Shown here: one piece after another, positions 29,401-38,640 of the stretch
Numbering within the stretch: position 1 is the stretch's first letter
Layout: every line of letters starts with the position of its first letter
DNA from: Myxococcota bacterium
GTDB lineage: Bacteria; Myxococcota_A; UBA9160; JAFDDA01
Length of the DNA: 64,000 nt
NCBI GenBank assembly: GCA_965228475.1
Contig: OZ245817.1
Span: forward strand, 704,001 to 768,000
Reading direction: 5' to 3'
Made by a program: the position numbers and the translations under genes
The notes under the pieces: model-generated
What the model was told of the DNA's origin: nothing
The model's input: the letters and a program-made list of their open reading frames with translations, nothing else
The model's database searches: none

Positions 29401-30669
29401 GGAGCAGCCCGTCGAGGGGATCGCCGCGAAGGCGCGCGGCCCGAAGTTCGTGCAGCCGTTCAGGAGGTCGAAGCCCAGGTTCACGACGCTGCCGTCGCTC
29501 GCGACGTTGTTCGGCACGATCGAGCCGTCGCCGTTCTGGATCGAGTTCACCCAGATCGTGTGGTCGTAGTTAGCCGGGTAGTTGTGGTGCTGGGCCTGCT
29601 CGTCCGCCGCACTGGCGATGAGCGGGACCCCGCGTTCGTAGGCGTAGTCCACGGCCTGCTGGCCGACGGGGCCGACGGTAATCGTCCCGAGCGCCTCGGA
29701 GATCACGTCGACGGGCCAGTCGGTGGCGTAGACCGTGGCGCGCGCGAACTCGGTGCCGATCGCCACGAAGCTGTCGGCGACCTTCAGGGGCAGGTAGAGC
29801 TCGTTCGGGGCCGTTCCCGGGAAGCCGCCGCCGTTGTTCGCCTCGCCCGCCTGATCCTGGGCCTCGCCCGTGCCGTGGCCGTAGTCGACGTCGTCGAAGG
29901 GGTCGTTGTCGTCGTCGTGGAAGTCCCAGCCGGCGATGTCGTCGACGTAGCCGTTGCCATCGTTGCCGCCGCCGTAGCCGTCCTGGCCGTCGCTGCAGGC
30001 GCGGATCAGGTCCTGGCCGTCGAGCAGGGTCGGGCTTCCGCCGAGGGCGGCCGAGACCACCGTCGGGCCCGACAGGCCCTGGCAGGTGATGCCGTCGAAG
30101 TCCTCGACGGAGACGAGGCCGTCGCCGTTGCAGTCGTAGCCGGGGCCCGTGCAGGCGACGGGCGGGGAGGCGTCGGCCGGCATCGGAAGCTCTTCGAGGC
30201 GGAGGGCGACCTTGCGGGCGATGTCCGGCGAGCTCCAGCGGATCCCGCTGTCGAGCACGGCGACCACGACGTCGGGCCGCCCGGTCGTCGTCTGCCAGGC
30301 GCGGAGCAGGTTCAGTCCGGACACGAGGCCGTCGGCCGGGCCGCCTTCGATCTCGCCCTGGTACTTCCAGCCGCTGCCGGAGTCCGGGTTGTCCGGATCG
30401 AAGGCGTAGTCGTTCGGAGTTTCGTCGCTCTCGCCGGGTCCGGGGGCCGGGAGGAACAGGTACTCCGCGTAGTCGTCGGCGCCGATGCAGCTCGCGTCGC
30501 CGATCGGGCACTCCGGGTCGCAGGCGTTGTCCGCCCGCGAGCAGGCGGGGTAGGGGAACTCGGCGTGCGCCGCGGGGGCGCCGAGCAGGGCGAGTCCGAA
30601 CGAGAGAGTCGCCGCCCGCAGCCAGGCGCCTCCGGATCGGACCGTCGAAACACCGCGCAGCATCACCAT
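26437..30669 (-). CDS. Large secreted S8-like peptidase with FG-GAP repeats
   Basis: Signal peptide; VAVLDSG, DGNGYVDDIAGWDF, YGHGT, variant Ser motif GCSSEATG; many PALADxDxDG repeats; SD GGAGG before ATG 30669. Confidence 0.82.
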   Translation of the reverse strand: MVMLRGVSTVRSGGAWLRAATLSFGLALLGAPAAHAEFPYPACSRADNACDPECPIGDASCIGADDYAEYLFLPAPGPGESDETPNDYAFDPDNPDSGSGWKYQGEIEGGPADGLVSGLNLLRAWQTTTGRPDVVVAVLDSGIRWSSPDIARKVALRLEELPMPADASPPVACTGPGYDCNGDGLVSVEDFDGITCQGLSGPTVVSAALGGSPTLLDGQDLIRACSDGQDGYGGGNDGNGYVDDIAGWDFHDDDNDPFDDVDYGHGTGEAQDQAGEANNGGGFPGTAPNELYLPLKVADSFVAIGTEFARATVYATDWPVDVISEALGTITVGPVGQQAVDYAYERGVPLIASAADEQAQHHNYPANYDHTIWVNSIQNGDGSIVPNNVASDGSVVNLGFDLLNGCTNFGPRAFAAIPSTGCSSEATGRSGGVAALIVSHGLNLIDRGLLSSYCDDAGDCDHAAPFSAEEVRQIFRFMTQDIDHTPDGFALNFTPTFDLVAQFVLSNAAVGMDFGTSHFPAGPGWDPITGYGRPDVARLAELVEPDGMGGTTVRIPPEADLAGGLRWFEIVDPEASSSVEVRGSARAVRSTGFDWSLQIGCGWDAGLDEDFVEIGSGFSMTAVEDAVLGSFDPGLIAEACAFDPATPVGEPDEHTVTLRLQVTDVEGNLGEDRRAVAIHHDPTQAWTRHVGASGESSPALADVDRDGVLDIVYATGAGSVHVFDGATGDDLPGFPVFTATLPSGEASPENGFGSGAVDLPREAIGGAVAADDLDGDGGVEIVAVGTQGGIYVWDETGNPRPGFPVQTNPAFSAPENRNRLNDADPGLFSAPTLADLDPAGVDPALEIIAGAMDGYLYAWRADGSLVTGFPVRLADTSLVSVDPNTGASTPLPGTDAKSRARKIIGSPAVGDLTGDGRPEIIVGTTEEYGDSPTVWSAPSSLFGLLATLGFEDELDLDVTSRIYAVDATGEMVDGWPVAVPLLISQLLPSVATGTSTSVALADTDGNGSLEAVVHGYAGPALVVNGAGEPILGDHNGLPRSLAIDFAGGGFPGVPPEAGSADGPFFPTLGSGAFGDIDQDGLPEWVAPTAGFRKLLDVLVPGQQFGGDHQIAAWNADPASLGELVPAFPQPMEDMQFIASPGLADVTGDGVPEVVQGSGTYLVRAFEILDEASEAAAAGVPVGSAVQPAGWPKLTMGWIITSPLAGDVDGDGLVEIVVGTREGDLFVWDTPAPATATSIPWQGFGHDRRNTQNHESNVSPLAAARAPMERLLWTLDSLDAELDAMTATHPELANTFGGQILPWVRGRIAGSLATGQPIPQTDLALALVSLLLPYELEGLMAPLRDRLIASVDDTAEAEIAAVACAGGDAACEACRDDAAAQLAAARTTPNTDFEDVAKRSAALRAAQLCAE

Positions 30670-30847
30670 GGGAACCTCCACCGAACCACTCTTTTACCAC
30701 GGGGCGTCCGCGGCTGAACAGTGGGTCGGTCGGGATTTCCCTCATCGGAACGCGGGTTTCGAGGCTTGGCGTGCATTTCCGGCGATGCCTGCGTGTGATC
30801 GCCGGTGGCTGTGGTACCCCTGCGCCACCTCGGAGAGGAGGCCGCCT

Positions 30848-31123
30848 TTGAACTGGGAAGACACACCCTTCTGGTTGGCATTCGGACTGCTCGGGAACGC
30901 GGCCTTCGCCTCGCGCTTCCTGGTGCAGTGGGTCGCCTCGGAGCGTGCCGGGGAGAGCGTCGTCCCGAAGGCGTTCTGGTACCTGTCGATCGTCGGCTCG
31001 GTGATCCTGCTGATCTACGCCATCCACCTCGAGAACCTGGTCTTCACCCTGGCGTACCTGCCGAACTGCGTCGTCTACGTGCGCAACCTGATGTTGATCC
31101 GCCGCAAGGAGGTCGCGACCTAG
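30848..31123 (+). CDS. Lipid-A-disaccharide synthase N-terminal (LAB_N) domain membrane protein
   Basis: GLLG..FASRFLVQW.ASE..GESVVP.AFWYLS..G..LLIYAI; TTG start after GGAGAGGAG. Confidence 0.85.
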   Translation: MNWEDTPFWLAFGLLGNAAFASRFLVQWVASERAGESVVPKAFWYLSIVGSVILLIYAIHLENLVFTLAYLPNCVVYVRNLMLIRRKEVAT

Positions 31124-31136
31124 GCCCAGCCAGGGC

Positions 31137-31955
31137 CTACCAGGCGCCCGGGGCGAACATCCCGTCGAGGGCGTGCTGGCGCCGGCGGAGGATCTCCTTC
31201 TGTTCGGCGTGGGTCAGGATGTAGAGATCGTTGCGCTCGATCCCGCGCAGGACGCGCCGGACGACCTCGTCGACTTCGATCACGCCGTTCTGGCCGGCCG
31301 TGATCTCGGTCTGGGTGAGGAGTTCCGGGACCTCCTTCTTGATCGCCTCCGGCCGGAGCCGCGTCGCGTTCTGGTTGATCGGCGTCGCCACGATCATCGG
31401 GCAGAGCACCGAGACGCCGATGCCCTGGTCCGCGACGTCGCGCCGCAGCGCCTCCGAGAGGCCGACCACGGCGAACTTGCTCGCCGCGTAGACCCCGAGG
31501 CCGCGCATGCCGACGAGGCCGGCCATCGACGCCGTGTTGACCACGTGCCCTTCGCCCTGCTCGGCGAGGCGCGGCACGAAGGCCTCGACGCCGTGCACGA
31601 CGCCCCAGAAGTTCACGTCCATCACGAAGCGCCACTCTTCCGGCGAGGCCCTGTGCAGCTCCCCGTAGGAGAAGACGCCGGCGTTGTTGCACACGACGTG
31701 GGCGGCGCCGAAGGCCTCGAAGGTGCGCTCGGCCAGGGCGAAGACGGCATCGCGGTTGGTCACGTCGGTGGGGACGGCGAGCACCTCCGCGCCCTCGGCG
31801 CGCAGCTCCTCGCCAGCCCGTTCGAGTGCCTCCTCGTCGCGGTCCGAAAGGACGAGCTTCGCCCCGCGCGCCGCGAAGCCTGCGGCCAGGCCGCGGCCGA
31901 TGCCGCTCGCCGCGCCCGTCACCACGGCCACGCGTCCTTCGAAGGGGTCGCTCAT
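31137..31955 (-). CDS. Short-chain dehydrogenase/reductase
   Basis: TGAASGIG, NNAG, YAASK; ATGA-coupled to cysE. Confidence 0.92.
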   Translation of the reverse strand: MSDPFEGRVAVVTGAASGIGRGLAAGFAARGAKLVLSDRDEEALERAGEELRAEGAEVLAVPTDVTNRDAVFALAERTFEAFGAAHVVCNNAGVFSYGELHRASPEEWRFVMDVNFWGVVHGVEAFVPRLAEQGEGHVVNTASMAGLVGMRGLGVYAASKFAVVGLSEALRRDVADQGIGVSVLCPMIVATPINQNATRLRPEAIKKEVPELLTQTEITAGQNGVIEVDEVVRRVLRGIERNDLYILTHAEQKEILRRRQHALDGMFAPGAW

Positions 31956-32569
31956 CGTTCCATCGCCTTTCCCGCCCGCGGCCACGCATCGTCGTGGACC
32001 GGAATCGATCGTTCGGAGAGAACCGTCTCCGGCAGGGCCCGCTCGGTGCGCTCGCCGTGGAGCTTCACGATGCGCGCCGGGTTGCCGACGGCCGTCGCGT
32101 CCGCCGGGACGTCGTGCATGATCACGAACGAGTTGGCGCCGACCCGGGCGTTGCGCCCGACGCGGATCGGGCCGAGCAGCACCGCTCCGGTTCCGACGAA
32201 CACGTTGTCCTCGAGGGTCGGGTGCCGCTTGCCGTGCTGCTTCCCCGTTCCGCCGAGGGTGACGTTGTGGAAGAGGGTGCAATCGTCGCCGATCTCGGCG
32301 GTCTCGCCGATCACGGTGCCCGTCCCGTGGTCGATGAAGAAGCCCCGGCCGATGCGCGCGGCCGGGTGGATCTCGATCCCGGTCCAGAAGCGCGCGATCG
32401 CCGCGATCAGGCGCGGAACGATGGGGACGCCGAGCCCGGCGTGCAGCCAGTGGGCGATGCGGTGCAGCCAGATGGCGTGCAGCGGGGTGTGGCACAGGAG
32501 CGTTTCCGCGAGGTTCCGCGCGGCGGGGTCGTTGCGCGCCACCGCATGCAGGTCGTCGAGCCAGGACAC
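31952..32569 (-). CDS. cysE: Serine O-acetyltransferase
   Basis: DPAA, GIEIHPAARIG..FFIDHGTG.VIGETA, KRHP hexapeptide repeats. Confidence 0.95.
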   Translation of the reverse strand: MSWLDDLHAVARNDPAARNLAETLLCHTPLHAIWLHRIAHWLHAGLGVPIVPRLIAAIARFWTGIEIHPAARIGRGFFIDHGTGTVIGETAEIGDDCTLFHNVTLGGTGKQHGKRHPTLEDNVFVGTGAVLLGPIRVGRNARVGANSFVIMHDVPADATAVGNPARIVKLHGERTERALPETVLSERSIPVHDDAWPRAGKAMER

Positions 32570-32659
32570 CGGGCCATCTTATAAGGTCCCGTTCTGCGGC
32601 GCGAACGGCCCGAATCATCGGCCCGTGAACCCGAAGCGTGCCCCGTGCGTAGGGTGGGT

Positions 32660-32965
32660 ATGGTGGAGCGGCTCTTCCGGCTCGGATACAAGGCGGCCCG
32701 GCGCGTGGTCGTGGGCGTCGTGGGCGGCACGGTCGTCCTGCTCGGCTGCGCGATGCTGGTGCTCCCGGGCCCGGCCTTCATCGTGATTCCGGTGGGCCTG
32801 GGCATCCTCGGGCTCGAGTTCGCCTGGGCCCGCCGCTGGCTGCGCAAGCTCAAGGAGACGGCCGCCGCGACCGCCTCGAAGTTCCAGACGAACGCGAACG
32901 GCCCGGCAGATCCCGAGCCCGCGGTCTCCGAGACCTCGGAGCCGCCTGCTAGCCTCCGCGGATGA
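32660..32965 (+). CDS. PGPGW-domain membrane protein
   Basis: MLVLPGPAF...GLGILGLEFAWARR; start ATG 32660 or GTG 32663. Confidence 0.8.
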   Translation: MVERLFRLGYKAARRVVVGVVGGTVVLLGCAMLVLPGPAFIVIPVGLGILGLEFAWARRWLRKLKETAAATASKFQTNANGPADPEPAVSETSEPPASLRG

Positions 32966-34044
32966 GCTACGACCCCTTCTCCCGAGGCCCGCACCCGGTG
33001 GGCGTGATCACCTTCCGGAGCCAGGACCCCGCGCGAAAGCGCGACCTGCCGCTCGAGATCTGGTACCCGGCCACCGCCGCCCACCGCGGGCAGGACCTCG
33101 CCGAGGCGAGCCAGGCGAACTACCAGCCGATGCCGATGGCGCCGCCGAGCCTCCAGGCCGCCGTGCGCGATGCCGAGGCGCTCGCGGGCCCGCACCCCGT
33201 CGTGGCGTTCTCGCACGGGTTCGCCGGGCACCGCTGCCAGTCGACGTTCCTGTGCACCCACCTCGCCAGCCACGGCTACCTCGTCGTCGCGCCGGACCAC
33301 GTCGGCAACACCACGCTCGACGTCATGACCCAGGCGATGAAGCTCTATCAGGAGGGCGGCGGCATGCCCGGGCACGAGGACATGCTCGAGCCGATCCAGG
33401 AGATCGCGGCGCTGCGGCCGGGCGACGTCGGGCAGGCCCTCGACGCCGTCTTGAAGACCGGAGCGCCCGGTGCCCCGGAGGCCGACGCCTCCCGCGTCGG
33501 CGTCTCCGGCCACAGCTTCGGGGGTTGGACCACGCTGATGACCGCGGGTGCGGACGAGCGCATCCGGGCAGCCGTTCCCCTCGCGCCCGCCGGCGGTTCG
33601 ACCGACCTCCCCGTGGACCCCTTCGCGGATTCCATGCAGCTCGACTGGAATCGGGAGGTACCGACGCTCTACATCGTCTCGGACCGCGATTCCGTGCTGC
33701 CCCTGCGCGGCATGCACGAGCTCTACGAGAAGACCCGGGAGCCGCGCCGCATGGTCGTGCTCGAGAACGCGGACCACCAGCACTTCTGCGACAACGCCGA
33801 GCAGATCCACGAGCTCATGCGGGCGATGCCGATGCCCGGGCTCTCGGCCGGGGACGTCGCCTTCGGAAAGGACATGGCCCCGTTCTCGGAGCTCACCCCG
33901 GCGGAGGCGGCGGCGGACGCCGTGCGCGGCCTGACCCTGGCGCACTTCGACGCCGTCCTGGGCGAGCGGGCCGAGGCCGGGGACTGGCTGGCCGAAGCGG
34001 TCGCGAGACTCGCGGACCGCGGGGTCGACGTCTCCGCGCACTAG
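32962..34044 (+). CDS. Alpha/beta hydrolase (dienelactone hydrolase/PAF-acetylhydrolase-like)
   Basis: IWYP, FSHGFAG, LASHGY, GHSFGG, DH..F.D. Confidence 0.87.
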   Translation: MSYDPFSRGPHPVGVITFRSQDPARKRDLPLEIWYPATAAHRGQDLAEASQANYQPMPMAPPSLQAAVRDAEALAGPHPVVAFSHGFAGHRCQSTFLCTHLASHGYLVVAPDHVGNTTLDVMTQAMKLYQEGGGMPGHEDMLEPIQEIAALRPGDVGQALDAVLKTGAPGAPEADASRVGVSGHSFGGWTTLMTAGADERIRAAVPLAPAGGSTDLPVDPFADSMQLDWNREVPTLYIVSDRDSVLPLRGMHELYEKTREPRRMVVLENADHQHFCDNAEQIHELMRAMPMPGLSAGDVAFGKDMAPFSELTPAEAAADAVRGLTLAHFDAVLGERAEAGDWLAEAVARLADRGVDVSAH

Positions 34045-34068
34045 CAGCACGTCGGGCGGGCCGGGCGT

Positions 34069-34590
34069 TCAGCCCCCTTCGCCCCGGACCTCGCTCGCGG
34101 GCAGCACGCGGGAGCGCAGCCGGAAGTACCAGCGGTCCTCGGACGGCTCCCAGCCCGGCTCGGGCTCCTCTTCCTGGTACTTGCGGTAGCCGGTCTTCGC
34201 CGCGTGAACACGCTCGCGCTCGTCCTCGATGCGCTCGATGGTGACCGGGTAGATCGTGTCGCCGATCCGGAGGCGGGCGCTCGGGTCCGCGGTGGCCCAC
34301 TTCGTCCAGCGCTTGCTGTCCCCCATGATCGCCGGCACGTAGATCACGTCGCCGTCCGCGAAGCAGGAGGTCGTGACCGAGTGCGGATCCTCGGGCCGCA
34401 CCTCGAGCACGCAGCGGGAATGGGCATCGCTGAAGGACCAGTCCGTGACGGGCTCGGTGTGGACGGAGCCTTCGAGCGCATCGCCCGGAATGGGTCCGCA
34501 CGGCTGGTTGCCGAGCAGCGCGGTGAAGCTCGCGACGACGAGCAGGTGGGTTCGGCCCGCCGCCGGCCGGAGCGTACGCGGGCCCTTCAT
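34069..34590 (-). CDS. Exported hypothetical protein (split-barrel, DUF2255-like)
   Basis: Hydrophobic N terminus, GPIPG, PHSVT, KRW...DP..RLRI, KY...WYFRL; ATGA-coupled. Confidence 0.55.
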   Translation of the reverse strand: MKGPRTLRPAAGRTHLLVVASFTALLGNQPCGPIPGDALEGSVHTEPVTDWSFSDAHSRCVLEVRPEDPHSVTTSCFADGDVIYVPAIMGDSKRWTKWATADPSARLRIGDTIYPVTIERIEDERERVHAAKTGYRKYQEEEPEPGWEPSEDRWYFRLRSRVLPASEVRGEGG

Positions 34591-34964
34591 GACGCCGGCG
34601 GAACGATGAACTCGAGGATGTAGCCGTCCGGGTCCTGGACCCACATCTGGCCGCGCTCGGCGCTCGGCGCCAGAACGTCGAGTCCGTGGGAGGCGAGGTG
34701 CTCCCGGGTCTTCTCCCAGTCTTCGACGGCGAAGGCGAAGTGCGGCGCGACCGGGTTGTTGCCCGGCGGCCGCGAGCCCGTGTCGACACCCTCCGGCGTC
34801 ACGATCAAGTGGAGCTCGGCGTTGCCGACCCCGTACCAGACGCCGCCGAGGCCCATCTCGGGCCGGGGGATCGTCTCGAGGCCGAGGACGCCCTCGTAGA
34901 AGGCGCGCGAGCGCTCGAGGTCGCTCACGGAGAGCGAAACGTGGTGGACGGCGGTGGGGGTCAT
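34587..34964 (-). CDS. VOC/glyoxalase family protein
   Basis: HHVSLSVSDLERSRAFY, ELHLI, HFAFAV, DPDGYILE. Confidence 0.9.
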   Translation of the reverse strand: MTPTAVHHVSLSVSDLERSRAFYEGVLGLETIPRPEMGLGGVWYGVGNAELHLIVTPEGVDTGSRPPGNNPVAPHFAFAVEDWEKTREHLASHGLDVLAPSAERGQMWVQDPDGYILEFIVPPAS

Positions 34965-35198
34965 CGGGTCTCCGGTGGCGCCCGCCCATGGGAGCGCAGC
35001 ACCCTCGGGGCCGTCAAGCGGAATCGCGCGAGCGCGGGGGGATGTCGCCACGGTCGGCCCCGGATCCGCTTCATCCGAACGCATCGAATCCGGGAGAACG
35101 CCGAAAGAGGAAAACTTTTCGGCACCTTCGACCGATGTTCGGTAAAACAGGGCTGCGTCGCCGACGCACTCACTTTGACGCACCGGGAGGGGGAATCC

Positions 35199-35930
35199 GT
35201 GCGATTCATCAGCAAGCTCTTCACCATCACTCTGGTCCTGTCGCTCGGGATCTCCGGCGCGGCCACGGCCGACGACATGGGCGGGAGCGGTTTCACCGTC
35301 AACCCGTCGAGTCTGAGCAGCTCCGAGCTCGACGCACGCATCGCCTTCATCGAGGAGCGCCTCGATGCCCACCGCAAGCACGCCTACTACTGGCAGTGGG
35401 GATGGACGGGCTTCTACGGCGCCGGCCTGGTCGTCCAGTCGCTGCGCGCCGGGCTCTCCGAAGACAACGAGCACCAGGCGGACTACGTCGTCTCGGCCGT
35501 GAAGGCCGCCGGCGGCGTCGCCCGCATGCTGCTCTCGCCCCACCCGGGCCGCCAGGGTGCAGACCCGATTCGCGCCATGGGCGGGACCAGCCGCGAAGCC
35601 AAGGCGCGCAAGCTCGCCAAGGCCGAAGAGCTGCTGGTGGAGAACGCCAAGGCCGCGGATCGCCGCTGGTCGACGAAGGCCCACGCGGCCAACGTGCTCG
35701 TGAACCTCGCAGGCGGCGCCATCGTCTGGGGCCTCGGCGCTCCGAGCGACGCGCTCTCCGCCACGCTGCTCGGCATCGCCGTCGGTACGGCGAACATCAT
35801 GTCCTCGCCGTGGTACGCGGACAAGGACTACGCCGAGTACCAGCAGCGCTTCGGCAACCGCACCAGCCGCAAGTGGGACTGGAAGCTCGTGCCCACCATG
35901 GGCGGCGCGGCGGTCCACGTCACGTTCTAG
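35199..35930 (+). CDS. Exported/membrane hypothetical protein
   Basis: SD GGGAGG, GTG start, signal peptide, helical hydrophobic core, C-terminal beta strand ending in Phe; strong codon bias. Confidence 0.75.
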   Translation: MRFISKLFTITLVLSLGISGAATADDMGGSGFTVNPSSLSSSELDARIAFIEERLDAHRKHAYYWQWGWTGFYGAGLVVQSLRAGLSEDNEHQADYVVSAVKAAGGVARMLLSPHPGRQGADPIRAMGGTSREAKARKLAKAEELLVENAKAADRRWSTKAHAANVLVNLAGGAIVWGLGAPSDALSATLLGIAVGTANIMSSPWYADKDYAEYQQRFGNRTSRKWDWKLVPTMGGAAVHVTF

Positions 35931-35952
35931 CTCGCGGCGGAGCCTGAAAAAT

Positions 35953-35990
35953 GACGGGGCGTCCTCGAAAGAGGGCGCCCCGTTTTCGTT
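35953..35990. terminator. Rho-independent terminator, probably bidirectional
   Basis: gacggggcgtcctc-GAAA-gagggcgccccgtt then ttcgtt; A-tract on the 5' side; lies between convergent genes. Confidence 0.85.
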
Positions 35991-36007
35991 GGCGTGAGAT
36001 TCCCGGC

Positions 36008-37021
36008 CTAGAAGAAGGCCCGCCCGTGCTCTTCGCTCGTGTGGGGGTTCGGGCCGTCGAGCCGCCGGTCCTTCGAGGCCGCGCGGGACAGCACCTCCCG
36101 GTAGCCGTGCGCGACGTTCGCCCCGTCGAGGGCGCCCCGGGCGCAGAGCAGCTCGTGCATCTCCCCGAGCTTGTAGTGGGGCACGGTCATGAGCAGATGG
36201 TGCTCGAGGTGATAGTTCACGCCGTTGGGCGCGATGAACAGCCGCTCGAGCCAGTTCGCCCGCGTCGTGCGCGTGTTCTGCAGCGGGCTGCTCGGGTCCG
36301 TCGTCATGCTGTGTTCGGCGATGGCGCGGATGCGCGTCACGAGCATGTTCGTCGTGAAGAACGCTGCCAGCCAGAGCAGGTAGAGCGCCGGGTGCCCCGC
36401 CGCCGCCAGCACGCCGAAGAGCACCAGATTGGTGAGGATCATCCCGCGGAAGGCCCGCGTCGTGCCGTGGGTGCGCTTCATCTTGCCCTGCCGGAGGCCG
36501 AGGTCGCGCAGGACCGTGTACTTCGCGCGCTTCCAGCCGGTCTGGCCGGAGAGGTCCCGCCAGATCTTGCGGCGCAGGCTCGCCCGCGTGACGGGGAACG
36601 GCTGCGCGAGGTTCAGGTCCGGATCCTCCCGCGTCCAGGTCTTGGCGTGGTGGGCCATGTGGTACTGGCGGTAGGAGACGAGATCCGTCCAGACCGGGAA
36701 CGCGCAGAGCCACTCGGCGACCCAATCGTTCGTGCGCTTGTTCGAGAACAGCGAGAAGTGCGCGGCCTCGTGCATCATCACCGCCATGCCGAGCTGGCGC
36801 GCGCCGATCACGAACACCGCGAGCAGCACGGTGAGCGGATTCGGCCAGGCCGCGACGAGCGCCATCGAGGCGAAGACGAGGCCCCAGTTGACGGCCACCG
36901 AGAGCCAGGAGCGCCAGTCCTCCATCTCCCGAAGGCCGGCGAGCTCCTCCTTCGAGAGGTAGTCGCGCCAGGGCCAGGGCGAGAGCTTCTCGGCGGGTTC
37001 GGTCACGTAGACATCACTCAT
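36008..37021 (-). CDS. Membrane fatty acid desaturase family protein
   Basis: Three His boxes HEAAH, HMAHH, YHLEHH, plus AEH. Confidence 0.9.
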   Translation of the reverse strand: MSDVYVTEPAEKLSPWPWRDYLSKEELAGLREMEDWRSWLSVAVNWGLVFASMALVAAWPNPLTVLLAVFVIGARQLGMAVMMHEAAHFSLFSNKRTNDWVAEWLCAFPVWTDLVSYRQYHMAHHAKTWTREDPDLNLAQPFPVTRASLRRKIWRDLSGQTGWKRAKYTVLRDLGLRQGKMKRTHGTTRAFRGMILTNLVLFGVLAAAGHPALYLLWLAAFFTTNMLVTRIRAIAEHSMTTDPSSPLQNTRTTRANWLERLFIAPNGVNYHLEHHLLMTVPHYKLGEMHELLCARGALDGANVAHGYREVLSRAASKDRRLDGPNPHTSEEHGRAFF

Positions 37022-37878
37022 GCAGCTTCTCCGTGAGCGGCCGCGAGCGGCCGGTCGGTCATGCGGGTATCGAGGGGGGCGCGCTCGGAGAGCACGCCGT
37101 GGGCTTCCATGAAGCCGCGCCAGGCATCCCGGCCCAGGCGGTCGTAGCGCTTCATCGCGGCGACGAGGGCGCGGCGTTCGTCGCCGGGGACCAGCTCGTC
37201 GGGGAGCAGCGGGTCGAGGACGATGGCGCGCAGCGCGCGGCCGCCGACGCGGAAAGATTCGACCATCGCCTCGCCGTCCGGGAGGTCCGGCAGCCGATCG
37301 AGACCGGCTTCGATGCCCTCGCGGATTCCGCGAAGCTCCGCGGTCAGGGCTTCCGCACCCCAGAGGCTCCGGGCCCGGACGTCGCGCGCCTCGTCGAGGT
37401 CCGCGAGCCGCACGACCAGCGCCGACGGGTCGTGGCCGAGGTGGAGCAGGTCTTCGCGCAGCGCCGCGGCCCCGCCCGCCAGATTGTTCGGGCGCAGCTC
37501 GAGGCCCGCTTCGAAAGGAGCGAATCCGAGCAGCCGCCGCGCGCGTTCGTCGCGCCGTGCGCGCGCTCGCCCGCCGGGCCGGCTCGCGGCCGTCATCACG
37601 GCGACCCAGTCGCCCCGCCAGGGCACGATGCGCTGCTCGACGTCCCGCCAGCCCGAGACGCGCCGGTTCACGCCCTGGCCGGCAGCGCCGATCCGGTAGC
37701 GACCGCGCTCGTCGCGCTCGGCCTGCCCGGAGCGCAGCAGCCGCGCCAGGGCGACGCGCAGGTTGTTCTCCGGGATGCCGAAGCGCTCGCCCGCCGCGAC
37801 CAGCGCGCGCACGGGCATGGCGCCCCGGCGGAGGGTCGAGAGGAGGTCGAGGATCAGGCTCTTGGGAGACGGCTCCAT
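37018..37878 (-). CDS. PaaX-family transcriptional regulator
   Basis: KSLILDLL...LVAAG..FGI.EN.LRVALARL...RGRY wHTH; C-terminal DPLLPDEL; ATGA-coupled to the desaturase. Confidence 0.85.
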   Translation of the reverse strand: MEPSPKSLILDLLSTLRRGAMPVRALVAAGERFGIPENNLRVALARLLRSGQAERDERGRYRIGAAGQGVNRRVSGWRDVEQRIVPWRGDWVAVMTAASRPGGRARARRDERARRLLGFAPFEAGLELRPNNLAGGAAALREDLLHLGHDPSALVVRLADLDEARDVRARSLWGAEALTAELRGIREGIEAGLDRLPDLPDGEAMVESFRVGGRALRAIVLDPLLPDELVPGDERRALVAAMKRYDRLGRDAWRGFMEAHGVLSERAPLDTRMTDRPLAAAHGEAA

Positions 37879-37884
37879 GGCGGC

Positions 37885-37929
37885 AGACATTACATCGGAA
37901 GGTCTGGTTCTGCCATTGATGTAATGTCT
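37885..37929. promoter_or_regulatory. Perfect 12-bp inverted repeat with 21-bp spacer (candidate PaaX-like operator)
   Basis: AGACATTACATC-N21-GATGTAATGTCT; the proximal arm contains the -10 TAATGT 8 nt before the ATG. Confidence 0.75.
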
Positions 37930-37986
37930 AGAGCCGCAGCTCCGGGCAGCCGGGTGAATTCTTGAGGAGCCCCCCGGGGAGCCGGT

Positions 37987-38640
37987 TTAGTGGAGCCAGC
38001 GCATTCCCGCCGAGGCCCCGACGCCCACGGCGTAGACCCAGAGCGGGATCTCGGTGAGGCCGCGGAAGGCGGCCGCGCTCGAGAAGGGCAGGAAGGAGGT
38101 CGCCTCGAGGTAGGCGCCGAACTCGGGGCCGCGGTCGGCCTTCATGCGCAGCTCCTGGTGCCGGCAGCCGACGATCGCGAACAGCGGCAGCCCCGCGAAG
38201 AAGGCGACGTCCGTCGCGCTCGCGTTGGCGACGAGGTGCCAGAGACCGATCCAGCCGAGGCCCATGAAGAGCGGGTGGCGGGTGATGCGGTGGACGCCGC
38301 GGACGTCCGGCGTCGCCCCGCCGGCGGTCATCGACATCGGGGAGGGCGAGACGATGCCCGCCACCATCAGGATCACCCCGACGGTCATGAGGGCGTAGAG
38401 CGCCCAGGTGAGGGCCGGGGTCATGGTGACGGTCCAGAGCCACGCGCCTTCGTGGCGGTGCCCGAGGTAGACCCAGACGAGAGGCACGAAGAAGAGGAAC
38501 GAAACGATCGAGTAGAGGACCTGGAAGCCCATGTCGCCGAAGCGCGCCACGAGCAGCGGCCGCAGTCCGTGACTCGAGAGCCACATGTGGGTCCCGGCGA
38601 AGCCGAGCCAGAGCAGGACGATCGAGAGCACCGGGGACAT
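37987..38640 (-). CDS. NnrU-family membrane protein
   Basis: FAGTH, YSIVS, GVHRITRHP...W.HLVAN, TSFLPF; SD AGGAGG. Confidence 0.85.
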   Translation of the reverse strand: MSPVLSIVLLWLGFAGTHMWLSSHGLRPLLVARFGDMGFQVLYSIVSFLFFVPLVWVYLGHRHEGAWLWTVTMTPALTWALYALMTVGVILMVAGIVSPSPMSMTAGGATPDVRGVHRITRHPLFMGLGWIGLWHLVANASATDVAFFAGLPLFAIVGCRHQELRMKADRGPEFGAYLEATSFLPFSSAAAFRGLTEIPLWVYAVGVGASAGMRWLH

